Shown here in pieces: positions 41,740-54,890 of a stretch of 64,000 bases of DNA; within the stretch, counting starts at the first letter, position 1; every line of letters starts with the position of its first letter. The notes under the pieces are model-generated. The model saw nothing but the letters and a program-made list of their open reading frames with translations, was not told where the DNA came from and did not search any database. The DNA comes from Gracilinanus agilis (lineage: Eukaryota), in contig NC_058132.1 of assembly GCF_016433145.1 (NCBI RefSeq), positions 165,185,025 through 165,249,024 on the forward strand. Direction: 5' to 3'. The translations under genes were made by a program, and so were the position numbers.

Positions 41740-42412
41740 TCCTGTTACTGGGGAGGAACTCTATTGTGATTAGGAGCCAGGAATGCTATTTAGGACATTC
41801 TATTCCTTTCTTACAAACAGCTGAGTGTTATAGCTTCCGGGCCTTAGGTTTGTACCCGAAAATAAGATCTATAAATCAGGGTGGAGTATGGAACCTGTGT
41901 ATCTGGAAATAAGTCGAGCTGAGGTGAGATATAACAGGGGTGGACCCTGTACGTCAACAATCCTTGCTCCCTCTCCTAGCTTGGATTAATATCTGTGACA
42001 ACTGGACATCTGTGAAATTCATCTACTGAAGAGATATTTGTGGACACACATGAGATCCCCACAACTACAGCTGAACCTGTTCACCATCCAGTTGCTGGAT
42101 TGGTTTGAGATTAGGCAGCTGTCAGTTTATCTTGTAGAGTAGTTTTACCCTACCAGACTTTGGGGAGGGGACCCTTAGTACTCAGGGAGATTACCTAATC
42201 CCTTCCTTTCCTGTCCCAAATACTATTAAAATCTCTCTTATAGACAGACTCTCCTTGTTGAGCTTCCTTTCCCAAACCTGGCATCTCATCTACTATAAGG
42301 ACCCACTGTGATTTGACCCAGCTAATATCTCCTTTCACCCCAGTTATCCCATTCCTTATCTTACCCAAGCCACCAAGGTTTAATTTATTATTAAGGATTA
42401 TTCTATTCATAA
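41740..42412 (+). mobile_element. Possible solo LTR
   Basis: Starts TGTTA and ends TAACA; ATTAAA near 42223; no TSD found. Confidence 0.3.
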
Positions 42413-42819
42413 CAGAGCCCAGAATCATATTTTTTTTTGTTACCCGGCTGCCCAGAATTTTCATTTTGATATCTCCTGCTCAAGCTTGCCTTCCCTAGAA
42501 AGATGCCTATATTTCTAGACTCTCCTTTCCCTATCTTTCAGTCATTTCTAGTAACCATTAAATAACACTCTAGGAGCCTAATTTTTATAAAAGTAAAATA
42601 GCCTATTTGCAACAATAATGTTGACTAAGACTGACTTGTTCCCCCTCATACCTCTCAAGCCAACCTTCAGTGCTACAAGAATTATAGCCAATGTGATGGT
42701 AGTAATATTTAGGAGGAGGGGTGGAGAGAAGGAAAAAATCAAAATAGAAAAAGAAAAAAGATTGAGGGGGGTAAGACATGGGTATTCAAAGCCTTTGATT
42801 AATATGTTTTATTTGTTTT

Positions 42820-44820
42820 ATTTTTGATTTATTATTATTTTTAAAAATTTTAGTAACAAATTTCACAAAAGTTTTCTGAAGTTATATGATCCAAACTGTC
42901 TCCCTCCCTTCCTCTCTCCTCTTTCCTGGAGCTGGCAAGCAATTCAATCTGGGTTACACATGTATTATCACACAAACATTTCCATATTATTCAGTTTTGT
43001 AAGTGAATAATGTTATAAAACCAAAACCCCAAAACATATACCCAAATAAAAAGTTATAAATCATATGCTTTCATCTGCATTCCTACTCCAACGGTTCTTT
43101 CTCTGGAGGTAGATTAAATTCGTTTTTCATAATTCTCTCAGAATTGCTCTGGATCACTATGTTGCTGTTAGTAGCAAAGTCTATTACATTTGATCATTCC
43201 CCAATATTGCTGTTATTGTGTACAATATTTTCTTGGTTCTGCTTACTTCACTCTGTATCCGTTCATGTAGGTCTTTCTGAAATCATCTTGCTCTTCATTC
43301 CTTATAGCACAATAATAATCTATCATCATCATATATCACAGTTTGTCCATCCATTCCTCAATTGAGAGACATCCCTTTATTTTCTAATTCTTTACCATCA
43401 CAAAAAGTGCAGTTATAAATATTTTTGTACAAGCAGGTCCTTTCCCATTTTTTTTTTTATCTCTTTGGGATACAGACCTAGCAGTGGTATTACTGGATCA
43501 AAGGGCATGCATTTTTGCCACCACAAAGAGCATGGCTATGAATATTTTTGTACAAATATTTTTCCTTATTATCTCTTTGGGATACAAACCCAGCAGTGGT
43601 ATGGCTGGATCAAAGGGCAGGTATTCTTTTAAAGCTTTTTGGGCATAATTCCAAATTGCCTTCCAGAATTGTTGGATCAATTCATAACTCCACCAGTAAT
43701 GCATTAGTGTCCCAATTTTGCCACATCCCCTCCAACATTTATCATTTTCCTTTGCTGTCATATTGGCCAATCTGATAGGTGTGAGATGGTACCTATAAGA
43801 AATAAAATGGATTTAGAAGGATAGATTTAAAAATATTATGGTTTTAAAAGATTTATTGGTAGCCATTAGAAAATTGAAGCCACATGCCATGCTGAGGGTC
43901 AATTAAAAGACGGGCCCTGTTACCTCTCTTCCCCATCCTGGCTCTGCTCCAAAAGCACCAAAGAGGAAGTGCCAATCCAACCACTCACTATTTATCCTTC
44001 TGCCTACGTTATTATGCTTCTTGTCCGCATGATTACACAAGAGAGGAAGCCAATTGGCTCTTGGGAAATGTAGTTTGAAAGAGCCCTAAATGTCCACAGG
44101 AAGTTTAGATCAAGGACCCCCAAATTTCCAATAATACAACCTCAAAGTTGTTTTAATTTGTATTTCTCTAATTAAGAGTGATTTAGAACATTTTTTCATA
44201 TGAATATTGATAGCTTTGATTTCTTATGTGAAAACTGCTTAATCATATACTTTGAGCATTTATCAATTGAGGAATGACTTGGATTCTTTTAAATTTGACT
44301 TAGTTCTTTATATATTTGAGAAACAAGACCTTAATCAGAGAAATCTGTTTTAAGGATTTTTTCCCAGTTTATTGTTTCCCTTCGAAACTTGCTTGCATTG
44401 GTTTTGTTTGTACAAAACCTTTTAAATTTAATATAATAAAAAACTATTCATTTTACATCTTGTACCATTCACTATCTCATTTGGTCATAAATTCTTCCCC
44501 TCTCCATAGATCTGACAGGTAAATTAGTCGATGTTCCCCTAATTTACTTATACTATCACTCTTTATGTTTAAATCATATACCCATTTTGACCATATCTTG
44601 GTATAGGATGTGAGATATTGATCAAAACCTAATTTTTGCCATACTGTTTCCAGTTTTCCCAACAGTTTTTGTCAAATAGTGAGTTCTTATTCCAAAAGCT
44701 GGGATTTTGGGGTTTATCAAAGACTCAATTGCTGAGATCATTTATCCCTAATCTATTCTATTGATCCACCCTTCTATTTCTTAGCCAATACCAGATTGTT
44801 TTTATATTTACTGCTTTGTA
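42820..44820 (-). mobile_element. Antisense L1 3' portion (ORF2 C-terminus and 3' UTR) with an internal repeat at ~43385-43620
   Basis: Minus-strand ORFs CWRGCGKIGTLMHYWW...FDPAIPLLGLYPKEI and MGKLETVWQKLGFDQYLT match L1 ORF2; T-rich 3' end. Confidence 0.9.
43795..44138 (-). mobile_element. Solo LTR inserted in the antisense L1
   Basis: Flanked by ACCT/ACCT; interrupts the L1 at GGTACCT|CAAAG; minus strand starts TGTATT and has CCAAT, GATAAATA and AATAAA. Confidence 0.7.
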
Positions 44821-45379
44821 GTACTTTTTAATGTATTTCAATTTCAACAAACATTTTTAGGTTATTGCTCATAAAATTGAATAAAAATCCATTGAGATAG
44901 GAAAGAGGAGAAAGAATTTGGATTTCAGATCTAGAGGTAAAAGGGACCTCTGAGGCCATTTAGTACAATCCCCTCATTTTATAGGTAAAGAAACAGACTC
45001 AGCAAAGTTAAATGACTTGCCCAAGGTTATAAAGGCAGTAAATATGATTTTGAATGCATATCCTCTGACTCTAGAATCAGTGTTGTTGTTTTTTCCCCAC
45101 AAGACTGTGTTGCCCTTTTCAACCTTCTTATATTTCAAAGATTTAGTCTGTTGAAATTCAAGAACAATATTAATGCATTTAAATATTAGCCTTACTGTCA
45201 GAAAACTTGGTTTTGAATTTCAATTCTCACAATTACTGGCTATATAACCATGGGAAAATCACTTGAACTTCTAGAGCCTCCTGTTCTTCAGTCTGTAGAA
45301 TGAAGATAACTATTTCACAAGGTAACTGTGAAGAAAGTGCTATATTAATCTTAAAGACTTTCATACAACTATGAAATAA

Positions 45380-45740
45380 GTCATTCTCCCATCTGATCAT
45401 AGCATTCCCTTGCTCAGAAATCTGCAATGGCTGCCTTTTGTCTTCAGAGTAAAACACAAAATCCTTATCCTGACATTTAGGGCCATTTATAATCATATTT
45501 TAATCTATCTATCCAGTCTTTTGATAATTATGGCCCTTCATTTATTCTACATTCTAGAAAAAATAGCCTTCTTGCTATTTCCTGAACTTGGCATTCTACT
45601 TCTTGTCTCCTTGCATTCCCACAGGCCATCTCTGAAGCTATAATGCACTGCTTTCATAACTCTGTCTTAGAATGTGTAGCTTCTTCCAAGATTGATCCCA
45701 CATGTCGCCTTCTTCTGAAAGCCTTTCCTGATCCCTTTTT
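45380..45740 (+). mobile_element. L2 3' fragment
   Basis: TCCCTTGCTCAGAAATCTGCAATGGCTGCC...GAAGCCTTTCCTGATC. Confidence 0.6.
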
Positions 45741-46074
45741 CCCTTTGCCATTTTTCTTCTCCCCCTTTCCTGTAACACACTTGCTTGTTAAGGCAAGGAA
45801 AAACCCTAAGGTTTAGTGGCCTAGAATCTGTGCCAGTTAAGATGCATGGCTAGTCTGAAGTTACCATAAGATATCAACTCTTACCTGTGTTTTCACATCC
45901 ATTTCCAAACTCTGGCATTTGATTGCCTTGAATTTCCCTTAATTTTCTGCTAATATCCCTTTTGAGCTTTCCCAAACCTGCCTCCTCTGATATAAGGAAA
46001 AAAGATATTATCAGCCATTTAGACTAATCTATCCTAGAAATTTTAGAGACCATGGAGGCACGATAATAATAATA

Positions 46075-46300
46075 ATAATAGCTAACATTTATATACCATT
46101 TCAGGCTTACAAAGCATTTTACATATGTTATCTCATTTTATAGTAATAACAATTCTGGGATGTGGGTACTATTATCACCATTTTACAGATAAGGAAACTG
46201 GGGCTTAGGAAAATCATGTGTCTTGTCCAAGATCACACAGTTAATAAGGATCTGAAACAAGATATGAACTAAAGTTGTCCCGACTAAATCTAGCACTTGA
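46075..46300. mobile_element. MIR/CORE-type SINE
   Basis: TAATAATAGCTAACATTTAT...TTTTACAGATAAGGAAACTG. Confidence 0.7.
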
Positions 46301-47200
46301 TTTAATGGAATACCTATCTATCTGTTGGTAATAGTGACTATTCTCAGTTCCTGTGATGATGATAGAAGGAATAATCTGTTAGAGTCCTCTGCTCCTTTAA
46401 CATGATAACTGCTAAATCTTGTATGGTCCTTATTGTGACTCCATGAGACATCAAGAAACAATAAAACAAAGTAAACAAAATGAAAAAAAAATGGAAGAAA
46501 ATGTATAATATCTTATTGGAAAAAACAACTAATCAGGAAAATAGATTGAGGAGAGATAATTTAAGAATTATTGGATTATCTAAAAGTCATTATCAAAGAA
46601 AGGGAAACCACCCTGATATCCTAGAACTGAGGATAAAATAGAAATTAAAAGAATTCACTAATCGTTACCTGAAAGAAATCCCCAAATGAAAATTCACAGG
46701 AATATTAAAGTCAATTTCCAGAGCTCTCAGGTTAGAAAAAAATACTTCAAGCAGTAAGAAATAAGTCATTCAAATACTGAAGAACCACAGATAGAACACA
46801 ATATTCTAGAAGGAAAAAAGCTGGGATTACAACCAAGAATAACCTACCAGGCAAAACTGAATATCAGCCTTCAAGACAAAAATAATGGATATTTAATGAA
46901 ATAGAAAACTTTCAGTCATTCCTTACAAAAATACTAGAGTTGAATAGAATATTTGATTTTCAAATTTGAGACTCAACAGAAGTCTTAAAAGGTAAACATA
47001 AAAGAGAAATCATGAGTGACTCAATAAGGTTAAGATGTGCGTTTTATTATGTGGGAAGATGATACATTTATTTTCTAATAACTTTATCATTATTAAGACA
47101 GTTAGAAGGACTCTAGATAAAAAGAAGGTAAAATATTTCATTGATTACATTGAGATGATGTAAAAAAAATGGATAGGTCAAGAAAAGGGATGCCCTAAAA

Positions 47201-47387
47201 CCCCCCATTGGTGAACCTTTTCTGAGTTTGAGTGCCCAGAGAGCAAATTCAAGCTGTCTGTGAGCAAGAGAGTTGAGGGAGGGAGTGCTTGTTTTGGGTG
47301 GCTGGAAAGAGGGGTGGGGCATGCAAAAATGTTCTCAGGGGCTGGCAAGACTAGCAGCTACCCAGTGCTAAGTCTTTGCCAATGCTG
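47201..47387 (+). mobile_element. hAT-type MITE, CpG-decayed relative of 34345-34567, inside the L1 inter-ORF region
   Basis: ATTGGTGAACCTTTTCTGAGTTTGAGTGCCCAGAG... aligns to 34350 onward; ends GTCTTTGCCAATGCTG. Confidence 0.55.
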
Positions 47388-48023
47388 CCAAAGGGGAAGA
47401 GAGAGAAAGAATCAGAAAAACTATCTCACATAAAATAAGTGTGAAAGGAAGAGCTTTTTAAAATGGATGGGAAAATGGTGTGGGGCAAGAAATGCTTTAA
47501 CCTCACTCATCTAAATTGATTCAAAATGGAAATATATGTATATATTCTCAATTGGTAATAGAAATTTATCTTACCCAACAAAGAAGCAGAAAGGTAAAGG
47601 TATTAGGAAAAGGGGAGGTAATAAAAGAGAAGGCAGAAAAAGAAGTCAGTTGTTAGAGGAAAAACAGACTTTAGAGGAGGAACAGGAGGGAGAGAGAGAG
47701 AGAGAAGGATAAACACAAGCAAATGTGATGGTGGGAAATGCACAATTAGTAATCATAACTGCCAAAAGGAGTGGGATGAACTCTTACCCATAAAATGGAA
47801 GCAGATAGCAGAATGGATTAGAAACCAGAATTCAACAATATGTGGTTAATAAGAAACACGCTAGAAACAGAGAGACACACATTGAGTTAACATAAGGGGT
47901 TGGAACAGAATCCATTATACTTTAGCTGAAGTAAAAAAGGTAGGAATAGCAATAATGCTCAGATAAAGCAAAAACAAAAATCGGCCTAATTAAAAGGGAT
48001 AAGCAAGAAATATACATTTTACT

Positions 48024-48946
48024 TGTAACATTAAAAGGACCAGTAATGGATGTTTCATAGAAGGGAGGTAGAGACAGACTATGTGGTGAGTCTCTCTTCC
48101 AGCACTCCCCTGGGGACAAACATACATTGGGAGACTTTAAGGGGGTGTCACCTTGAAACTGGGTGACACTGGATGTTCCTGCCACCCCACAGGAGCTGGA
48201 GGCAAGGCTTCCCTATAAGAGTTGGTATGTGGTACCTCAATCTGATCTTGAATAAAGATGGAGTTCACACAAACCTCCCCCCAATCAGTTAAATTCACAG
48301 TGGGTGGTCTGGCTTCAAGATGGAGGCAGCCAGACCAAGCTGTGTTTCCTCTCTCCCTTGTTGTCTCTCAGGCACTGTGGAACACTATCTGACTGTTGAA
48401 TGGCTTTTTATTATTCACAAATCAGAGATTGGGGAAAGGGCTGAAGGGCAGAGGGATTTAGGTGGGAACCTTAGTGGTTCCTACTCCTAAGATTCTCCCC
48501 TTGCCCCTTCTCCTATTTCTATTTCTATTTCTATTTTCTATTTCTATCATTTTCTATAATTGTAAGTTTCACCGAAAAGGGTCTCTCAGTAAGATTGGGT
48601 AATGGGTGAAGAAGAGTAAGAAATTGCTCCCAAAATGGAGTCCAAAAACTTAGCTCACACTATGGTTGAAGTCTTGATGGGTGAGATGCAATGGAAGAGC
48701 TTTGGTCAGGGAATCAGGGTTCCAAATTCCAAAAGAAAGATCCTCAGGAAGCCCTCAGGACTGGATCCCAGCTGGGATGTCCTCCTCCTCTCTCCTCCCA
48801 GTCCTCTGCCAGAAGATCTCCCCTCTCCTCCTTCCCTCAGAGCAAATTCCCAGAATTTTCTTTGGTCTCAACTGTCAGCAACTGTCAGCAACTGCCTTCA
48901 CTGGCTCCTCTGATCCCATCCCCCTTGCACAAATTCCATCCTTACA
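48024..48946. mobile_element. Solo LTR (923 bp, ERV1-like by 4-bp TSD)
   Basis: TGTAA...TTACA termini; TSD TACT at 48020-48023 and 48947-48950; interrupts the L1 EN region. Confidence 0.88.
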
Positions 48947-49364
48947 TACTAAAAGGAACAATAGACAGTGAAGTAATATCAATATTAAGCACATATGCAT
49001 TGAATGGTATAATATCCAAATTCTTAATGGAAAAGTTAAATTAATTATAAGAGGAAATAGACTGTAAAACTGTATTTGTGGGAAACCTCAACTTTTCCTT
49101 GTCAGAGCTAGCCAAATCTAATAAATAAGGAAGAAGTTACAAAGATGAATAAGATCTTAGGAAAGTTAGACATGATAAACCTCTATAGAAAACTGAATGG
49201 GAATAGAAAGGAATATACCAATATGGCATTTTCATAAAAACTGACCATATATTAGGGCATAAAAACATCACAACCAAATATAGGAAAGCATAAATATTAG
49301 ACAAAAATGTAGTAAAATTACATTTACATAGGGTAGTGAAACAATAGATTAAAAGCTAACTGGA

Positions 49365-49535
49365 GGGGCAGCTAGATAATACAATGCATAGAGTGCTATG
49401 CCTGAAAGAGGGAGAACCAGGTTCAAATTTGGCCCCAGACACTTCCTAACTATGTGACCCTAGGCAAGTCACTTAACCCTGCCTTGCCTTTCTACCCTAG
49501 AATTGTTACTAAACCAGAAAGTAAGGGTTTAAAGA
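49365..49535 (+). mobile_element. SINE1_Mdo-type SINE inside L1 ORF2
   Basis: GGGGCAGCTAG head; near-TSD AAAAGCTAA(C/T)TGGA. Confidence 0.85.
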
Positions 49536-50322
49536 AAAAGCTAATTGGAAACCACATAATCTAATCCTAAAGAATGACTGGGTTAAAGAACAAATCATAG
49601 AAACAATAACTAATTTCATTAGAAGAATGACAATGAGATAACATTCCAAAATTTGTGAGATGAAACAAAAGAAGTTTTTAGGGGAAAATTTATATCTCTA
49701 AATAAATATAAATCTCTATTAAATCCCTATATCAATAAAAGAGAAAGAGTAGATCAGCGAATTGGGTGTGCAACTAAAAATAAACTAGAAAAATAACAAA
49801 TTTTAAATCCCCAAACACCAAAATGAATATCCTGAAAATCAAGAGAGAGATTAATAAAATTAAAAGTAAAAAAAATCATTGAATTAAATAAACCAGGAGC
49901 TGGTTTTATGAGAAAAAAATATAAACCACTGGTTGATTTAACTTAAGAAGAAAGAAGAAAACCAAATTGCTAGTATCAAAAGTAGAAAGGATAAATACAC
50001 TAACAATGAATATGAAATTAAAGCAATTATTACAAGTTATTTTGCCAAATTATATGCCAATAAAAACTGACAATTGAAGTAAATTAGATGACTAGTTGCA
50101 AAAATATAAACTGCCCAGATTAACAGAAAAGGAAATAGAATACTTCAATAATCCTATCTTAAAAAAAGAAATTTTAAGGGGGGTGGAGTCAATATGGCCA
50201 CTTAAAAGCAGCAAAAGTCCAGACCTCTGTGAAAGCCCTTCCACACCAATCAAAAACAAAGTGCTTTGAAAGGACAGAAAACCAAATCTAACAACAGGAC
50301 AGAGCCAGGAAACCTTCCTGCC

Positions 50323-52231
50323 TGAGAGCCAGTTATGGCTGTTTGGTAGGAGAGAGAGAAAGTCTATGTAGAGTCTCTCTTCCAGCTCTCCCCTGGGGCC
50401 AAATATACACTGGGTGACTTTAAGGGGGTGTCACCCTGAAACTGGGTGACCTGGATAGTCCTGCCACCCCACAGGAGCTGGGGGTGAGGCTTCCCTATAA
50501 GACCGAGGTATGTGGTACCCCAATCCAATTCTGAATAAGGACGAGGTTCACATAAACCTCCCCCCAATCAGTTAATTTCACAGAGGGTGGCTACAAGATG
50601 GAGGCAGCCAGACCAAGCTGTGGTTTCTCTCTCCCTTGTTGTCTTTCAGGCACTCTGGAACACTATCTGATTGATGAATGGCTTTTATTAATTGCAATTC
50701 AGGGATTGGGGAAAGAGGTGAAGGGCAGAGGGATTTTGGGGTGCCCTCTTCTCTATTTCTATGGGGTCCATCACTAGGGTGGGAACCTTAGTGGCTCCTA
50801 CTCCTAAGATTCTTCCCCTGCCCCTTCTCCTTTTGTTTCTATTTCTAGTTTTCTGTTTCTATCTTTTTCTATAATTGTAAGTTTTGACTGAAAGGGGGCC
50901 TCTCAGCAAGGTTGGGTAATGGGAGAAGGAGAGTAAGAGATTGCTCCCAAAATGGAGTCAAAAAACTTAGCTCAATCTATGGTTGAAGTCTTGATGGGAG
51001 AGTTGTGATGGAATCAGGGATCATAAAGATCCTCAAGAAGCCCTCAGGACTAGATCCGAGCTGGGATGTCCACCTCCTCTCTCCTCCCAGTCCTCCACTG
51101 GAAGACCTCTCTCCTCTCTCCTCTCTCCTCCTTCTCCTCCTCTTCCTTGTAAATAGGGATAATTTGAGGAAAGGTGTGTGGTAGAAGGGGATTTTGAAAG
51201 GAGGTTATCAGGGATTTATTAAGATAGTAAATCTAGGCTACAGGTAGGCTGGAATAAGGAGATTCAGGATATAATAGGGCTGAAGTCAGGAGTTTAACAC
51301 AGAAGGAATAAGATCTTCAGGGAGAGGAGAAATTAGACTAAACAGACAAAACAGCAGGCTTTACAGACTGGAATTTAGACTCAAACACAGGCTGAGGGAA
51401 ATAGACTAAACTGAAATTAACAAACAGGGTTTAGTTAATTTCACAGGAAGGGACTTGTTTTGAAGTTACATCTTCCTTCAAGATGGATACTCTGGTTTCC
51501 CTTCAAGCCCAGAGTATGTTGGTTCTTTCCCTCTTCTTCCCTCTCTTAATAACTAACTGACAAATAACTAACAGCTATTGAACTCAAAAGGATTTATTAT
51601 CTTCAAGGATGATTTTAGGAAAATGGGTTAAAGGAAGCCCTAACCGTTGTTTCAGGAACCTCAAGTGGGGGAAGGGAGGCAGAGATGAAGTCTGAGTAAG
51701 GACCTGCCTTTAATTCAGATTACAAAGTGCTCTTGATATCTAAAGGGAATAAATGATGACTGACTAGTTTCTTTATATCGAATACTGTCAATTATAATTA
51801 ACCCTTCACAGATTTGAACTCCTCTCTAATTATTCTCCTTATTAACTCCACAGACATATAAGGTAAGGGAGGGAAGGTAGGAAATAATATTGGGAAGGAA
51901 GATATAAAGGGTTTATCCAAAATAACAGTTTCTTAAATATTTCAAAGCTAGGCTAAATTTCAATACTACAGATAGGTAAGGAAGCAGCTTGGCTGGTCAG
52001 ACAACTTCCCTCCACGGGAGACCCAAACCAACTGAACTTTCCCTCAAGATTCCAAACCCCTAACTGCTTTTAGAACTCAGCCAAAGCTAGAAAAAACTAT
52101 ATGACCCCCTCTCTCTATACTACATCCTCCTCGGAGAAAAATCCCAGAATCCTCCCTGGTCTCAACTGTCAGCAACTGCCTTCTCTGGCTCCTTTTTGTC
52201 TCATCTCCTTTGCACAAATCCTATCCTTACA
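50323..52231. mobile_element. Second copy of the 48024-48946 LTR family, split by a nested LTR
   Basis: Colinear similarity with 48040-48946; same CCTTACA end; 5' boundary uncertain. Confidence 0.8.
51148..52124. mobile_element. Solo LTR (977 bp) nested inside another LTR
   Basis: TGTA...TACA termini; TSD TCCT at 51144-51147 and 52125-52128; host LTR sequence resumes after it. Confidence 0.85.
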
Positions 52232-52893
52232 GATTTAACTTAAAAGGTACAAAGAGAAGGCTGAATTCTTGGACTACTGGAAAATCATGACAAAAAAAAG
52301 CCTAGACATCATTCTACAGGAAATTATCTAAGAAAACTGCCCCGAAATTCTTGAACAAGAGAGAAAAGTGGAGATTGAAAGAAAAACATCATCTCCTGCA
52401 TTTAATCCCTAATTGATAACACCCAGGAATGTTATAGCCAAATTCAAGAACTACCAGACCAAAGAAAAGACACTACAAGCTGCTATAAAGAAAGCATTCA
52501 GATATCATGGAACCACAGTAAGGATAACAGGACCTGGCTGCATCCACACTGAAGGACCAGAAGGCATAGAATATGATATTCTGGAAAGTAAGGGAACTGG
52601 GTCTACAACCAAGAATCAACTACCCAGCAAAATTGACTATATTCTTGCAAGGGGAAGTATGATTATTTAATAAAATAGAAGATTTCCAAGCATTCCTAAA
52701 GAAAAGACCTGACTTAAACAGAATATTTGATGCCCAAACATAAATCACCAAAAGGTAATTAAGAAAGGAGGGAAAATTTTTTAAGGGACCCAATAAATTC
52801 AAATGATTTGTATTTCTATAAGAAAAGATGATATTGGTAACTCTTAAAAATTGTTGTTATCATCAGGGTAGCTAGAAGAAGTATAGTTAGTAC

Positions 52894-53166
52894 TGTATAA
52901 ATAGAGATTTTGAACCTTGGACTTTGTCCCCCAGAAGTCCCTTGGTATTTCCCAAAATTCCTTTAATCTCTCCTGTGCCTCCACACTCCTGTGGTCATGT
53001 TATTGTTTTATGAGTTATGTAGCTCCTTCCTCTTTCTCTCTTTTTCATGAGCGTGGCTGAAGTTAGTTTAATACCTTTTCACTCTAGCTTTTTTTGTTAG
53101 TCTATTATTAAATAAAACTTTATAAAAATAATACTTAGTTATTGAATATTAATTTTAAAATCCACA
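52894..53166 (+). mobile_element. Short solo LTR (273 bp)
   Basis: TG...CA; TSD GTAC at 52890-52893 and 53167-53170; AATAAA near 53111. Confidence 0.8.
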
Positions 53167-53400
53167 GTACAGTGACAAACTGTATAGGATGATATGTCAA
53201 AAATATAAAAAACTAGGGGTAAAAAAGAGGATACTACTAAGAGAAATGGGAAAAGAGATAAAACATGGGGGGGAGGTGGGGAGAAGACCAATACTATGGA
53301 AGGGTGAAAGAGGTTAGAGATAGTCTCCAAGAAAATTTTTAATCATTACAGTGGGAAGGGTCAGAAAGGTTCAAATGGAAGGAAACTCCAACTCCAAATT

Positions 53401-53578
53401 CAATCATCATCATCATCATCATCAACATCAATGTCATCAACAACATCAACATCATTGTCACCAACTTCATTAACAATATCATTGACATCAACAATATCAC
53501 CAACAACATCAACATCATCCCCATCAACAGCATCACACCATCATTGCCATTAACAACATCACCATCATCATCATCTAA
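53401..53578 (+). repeat. Degenerate (CAT/CAA)n triplet array
   Basis: Direct reading. Confidence 0.9.
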
Positions 53579-54257
53579 CTATCCATCTTTTCCTGGCCCA
53601 GGAAAGATTTTTGCTGGGTGGCCGAACCTAATAGCATACTATTCAGAGTAATGAGAGCCAAAACACCTAAACTCTAGGCTTGAGTGCCACCGAGTGTCCT
53701 TTGAGGGTAAAAAGAAAACCTTCTTTTTCCTGGACTCAGTTTCCTCATTTATGTATGGGTGAAGCTTACCTGGACTCTGCATTAATCAATTAAATCAAAG
53801 AATAAACCAGGTGTAAACAAGAAAAAAAAGTTTTCTGTAGCATGGTAGCAAAGTTCAGAAAAGAAAAACTCCTGGTATGGCTTGGCCCCTTAAGTCCCTG
53901 CTTGACTAGTGCACTTTGTACCTTCTCAGGTTGGAGATATTGACTAGGTCAGCATCTTTTCATTTCTACACCTAAGAGCTCCTCACCAATGTAGTTTATG
54001 CTTAACATGTTCAAATAACACATTGATTCGATGCAAAGAACACTTAATTAAAAGGAAATAAAATATTAAATAACAAGTCTTAGGACAAAAAAAAGAAAAA
54101 GAAAATGTAAAAGCCATCAATGGGCTCTCCAAGAAAAAATACACAGGACCATATGGATTTACAAGTGAATTTTACCAAACATTTAAGAAACAACTATATC
54201 AATACTTTATAGTTATTTGAAAAAATCAGTAAAGAAGGAATCTTACCATATTCTTTT

Positions 54258-54458
54258 TTTTTTTTTTAACCCTTACCTTCCGTCTTGGAGTCAATACTGT
54301 GTATTGGCTCCAAGGCAGAAGAGCGGTAAGGGTAGGCAATGGGGGTCAAGTGACTTGCCCAGGGTCACACAGCTGGGAAGAGTCTGGGGTCAGGTTTGAA
54401 CCTATGACCTCCCGTCTCTAGGCCTGGCTCTCAATCCACTGAGCTACCCAGCTGCCCC
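54258..54458 (-). mobile_element. Fairly young SINE1_Mdo-type SINE inside L1 ORF2
   Basis: T-tail; near-TSD CTTAC(C/T)ATATTCTTTT at 54242 and 54459. Confidence 0.9.
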
Positions 54459-54724
54459 CTTACTATATTCTTTTTGTGACACAAATATGGTTTTCATACT
54501 TAACCAGAAAGAGCAAAAATAGTGAAAGAAAACTATGGACTAATTTCCTTAATGAATATTAATATGAAAAATTTAAATAAAATACTAGTAAGGAGAATAT
54601 AGCAATAAAGGGCTGTGGAAGCATAGATTAAAAGCTAGATGGATGCAGGCAGAGCCAAGATGGCAACTCAGTAGCAACAAAAGCTAGAACCACTCCAAGA
54701 ATCCTCTCAAAAGCTAAATGAAGA

Positions 54725-54890
54725 GACAGCAAGGTAGCACAATGGATAGAAAGCCAGGCCTGAAGTCAGGAGAACTAGGGTTTAAATCTGGTCTCAGACA
54801 CTTCCTAGCTATGTGAACCTGGGCAAGTTACTTAACCCACATTTTTGCCTAGAAACAAATATGAAATTTTGATTCTAAGATTTAAAAAAA
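54725..54890 (+). mobile_element. Older SINE1_Mdo-type SINE
   Basis: GACAGCAAGGTAGCACAATGGATAGAAAG...GGGCAAGTTACTTAACC. Confidence 0.65.

Larger units (their letters stand above)
50179..54090 (+). mobile_element. Second, internally deleted L1 (5' UTR start, partial ORF1, inter-ORF region) inserted in the older L1
   Basis: GGGGTGGAGTCAATATGGCC 5' end; ORF 52413-52670 TPRNVIAKFKNYQTKEKTLQAA is ORF1-like; boundaries approximate. Confidence 0.7.

Noticed and set aside
48024-52231. Two similar LTRs as the ends of one provirus
   Set aside because: The first has its own TSD, the sequence between them is L1 rather than gag/pol, and the copies are clearly diverged
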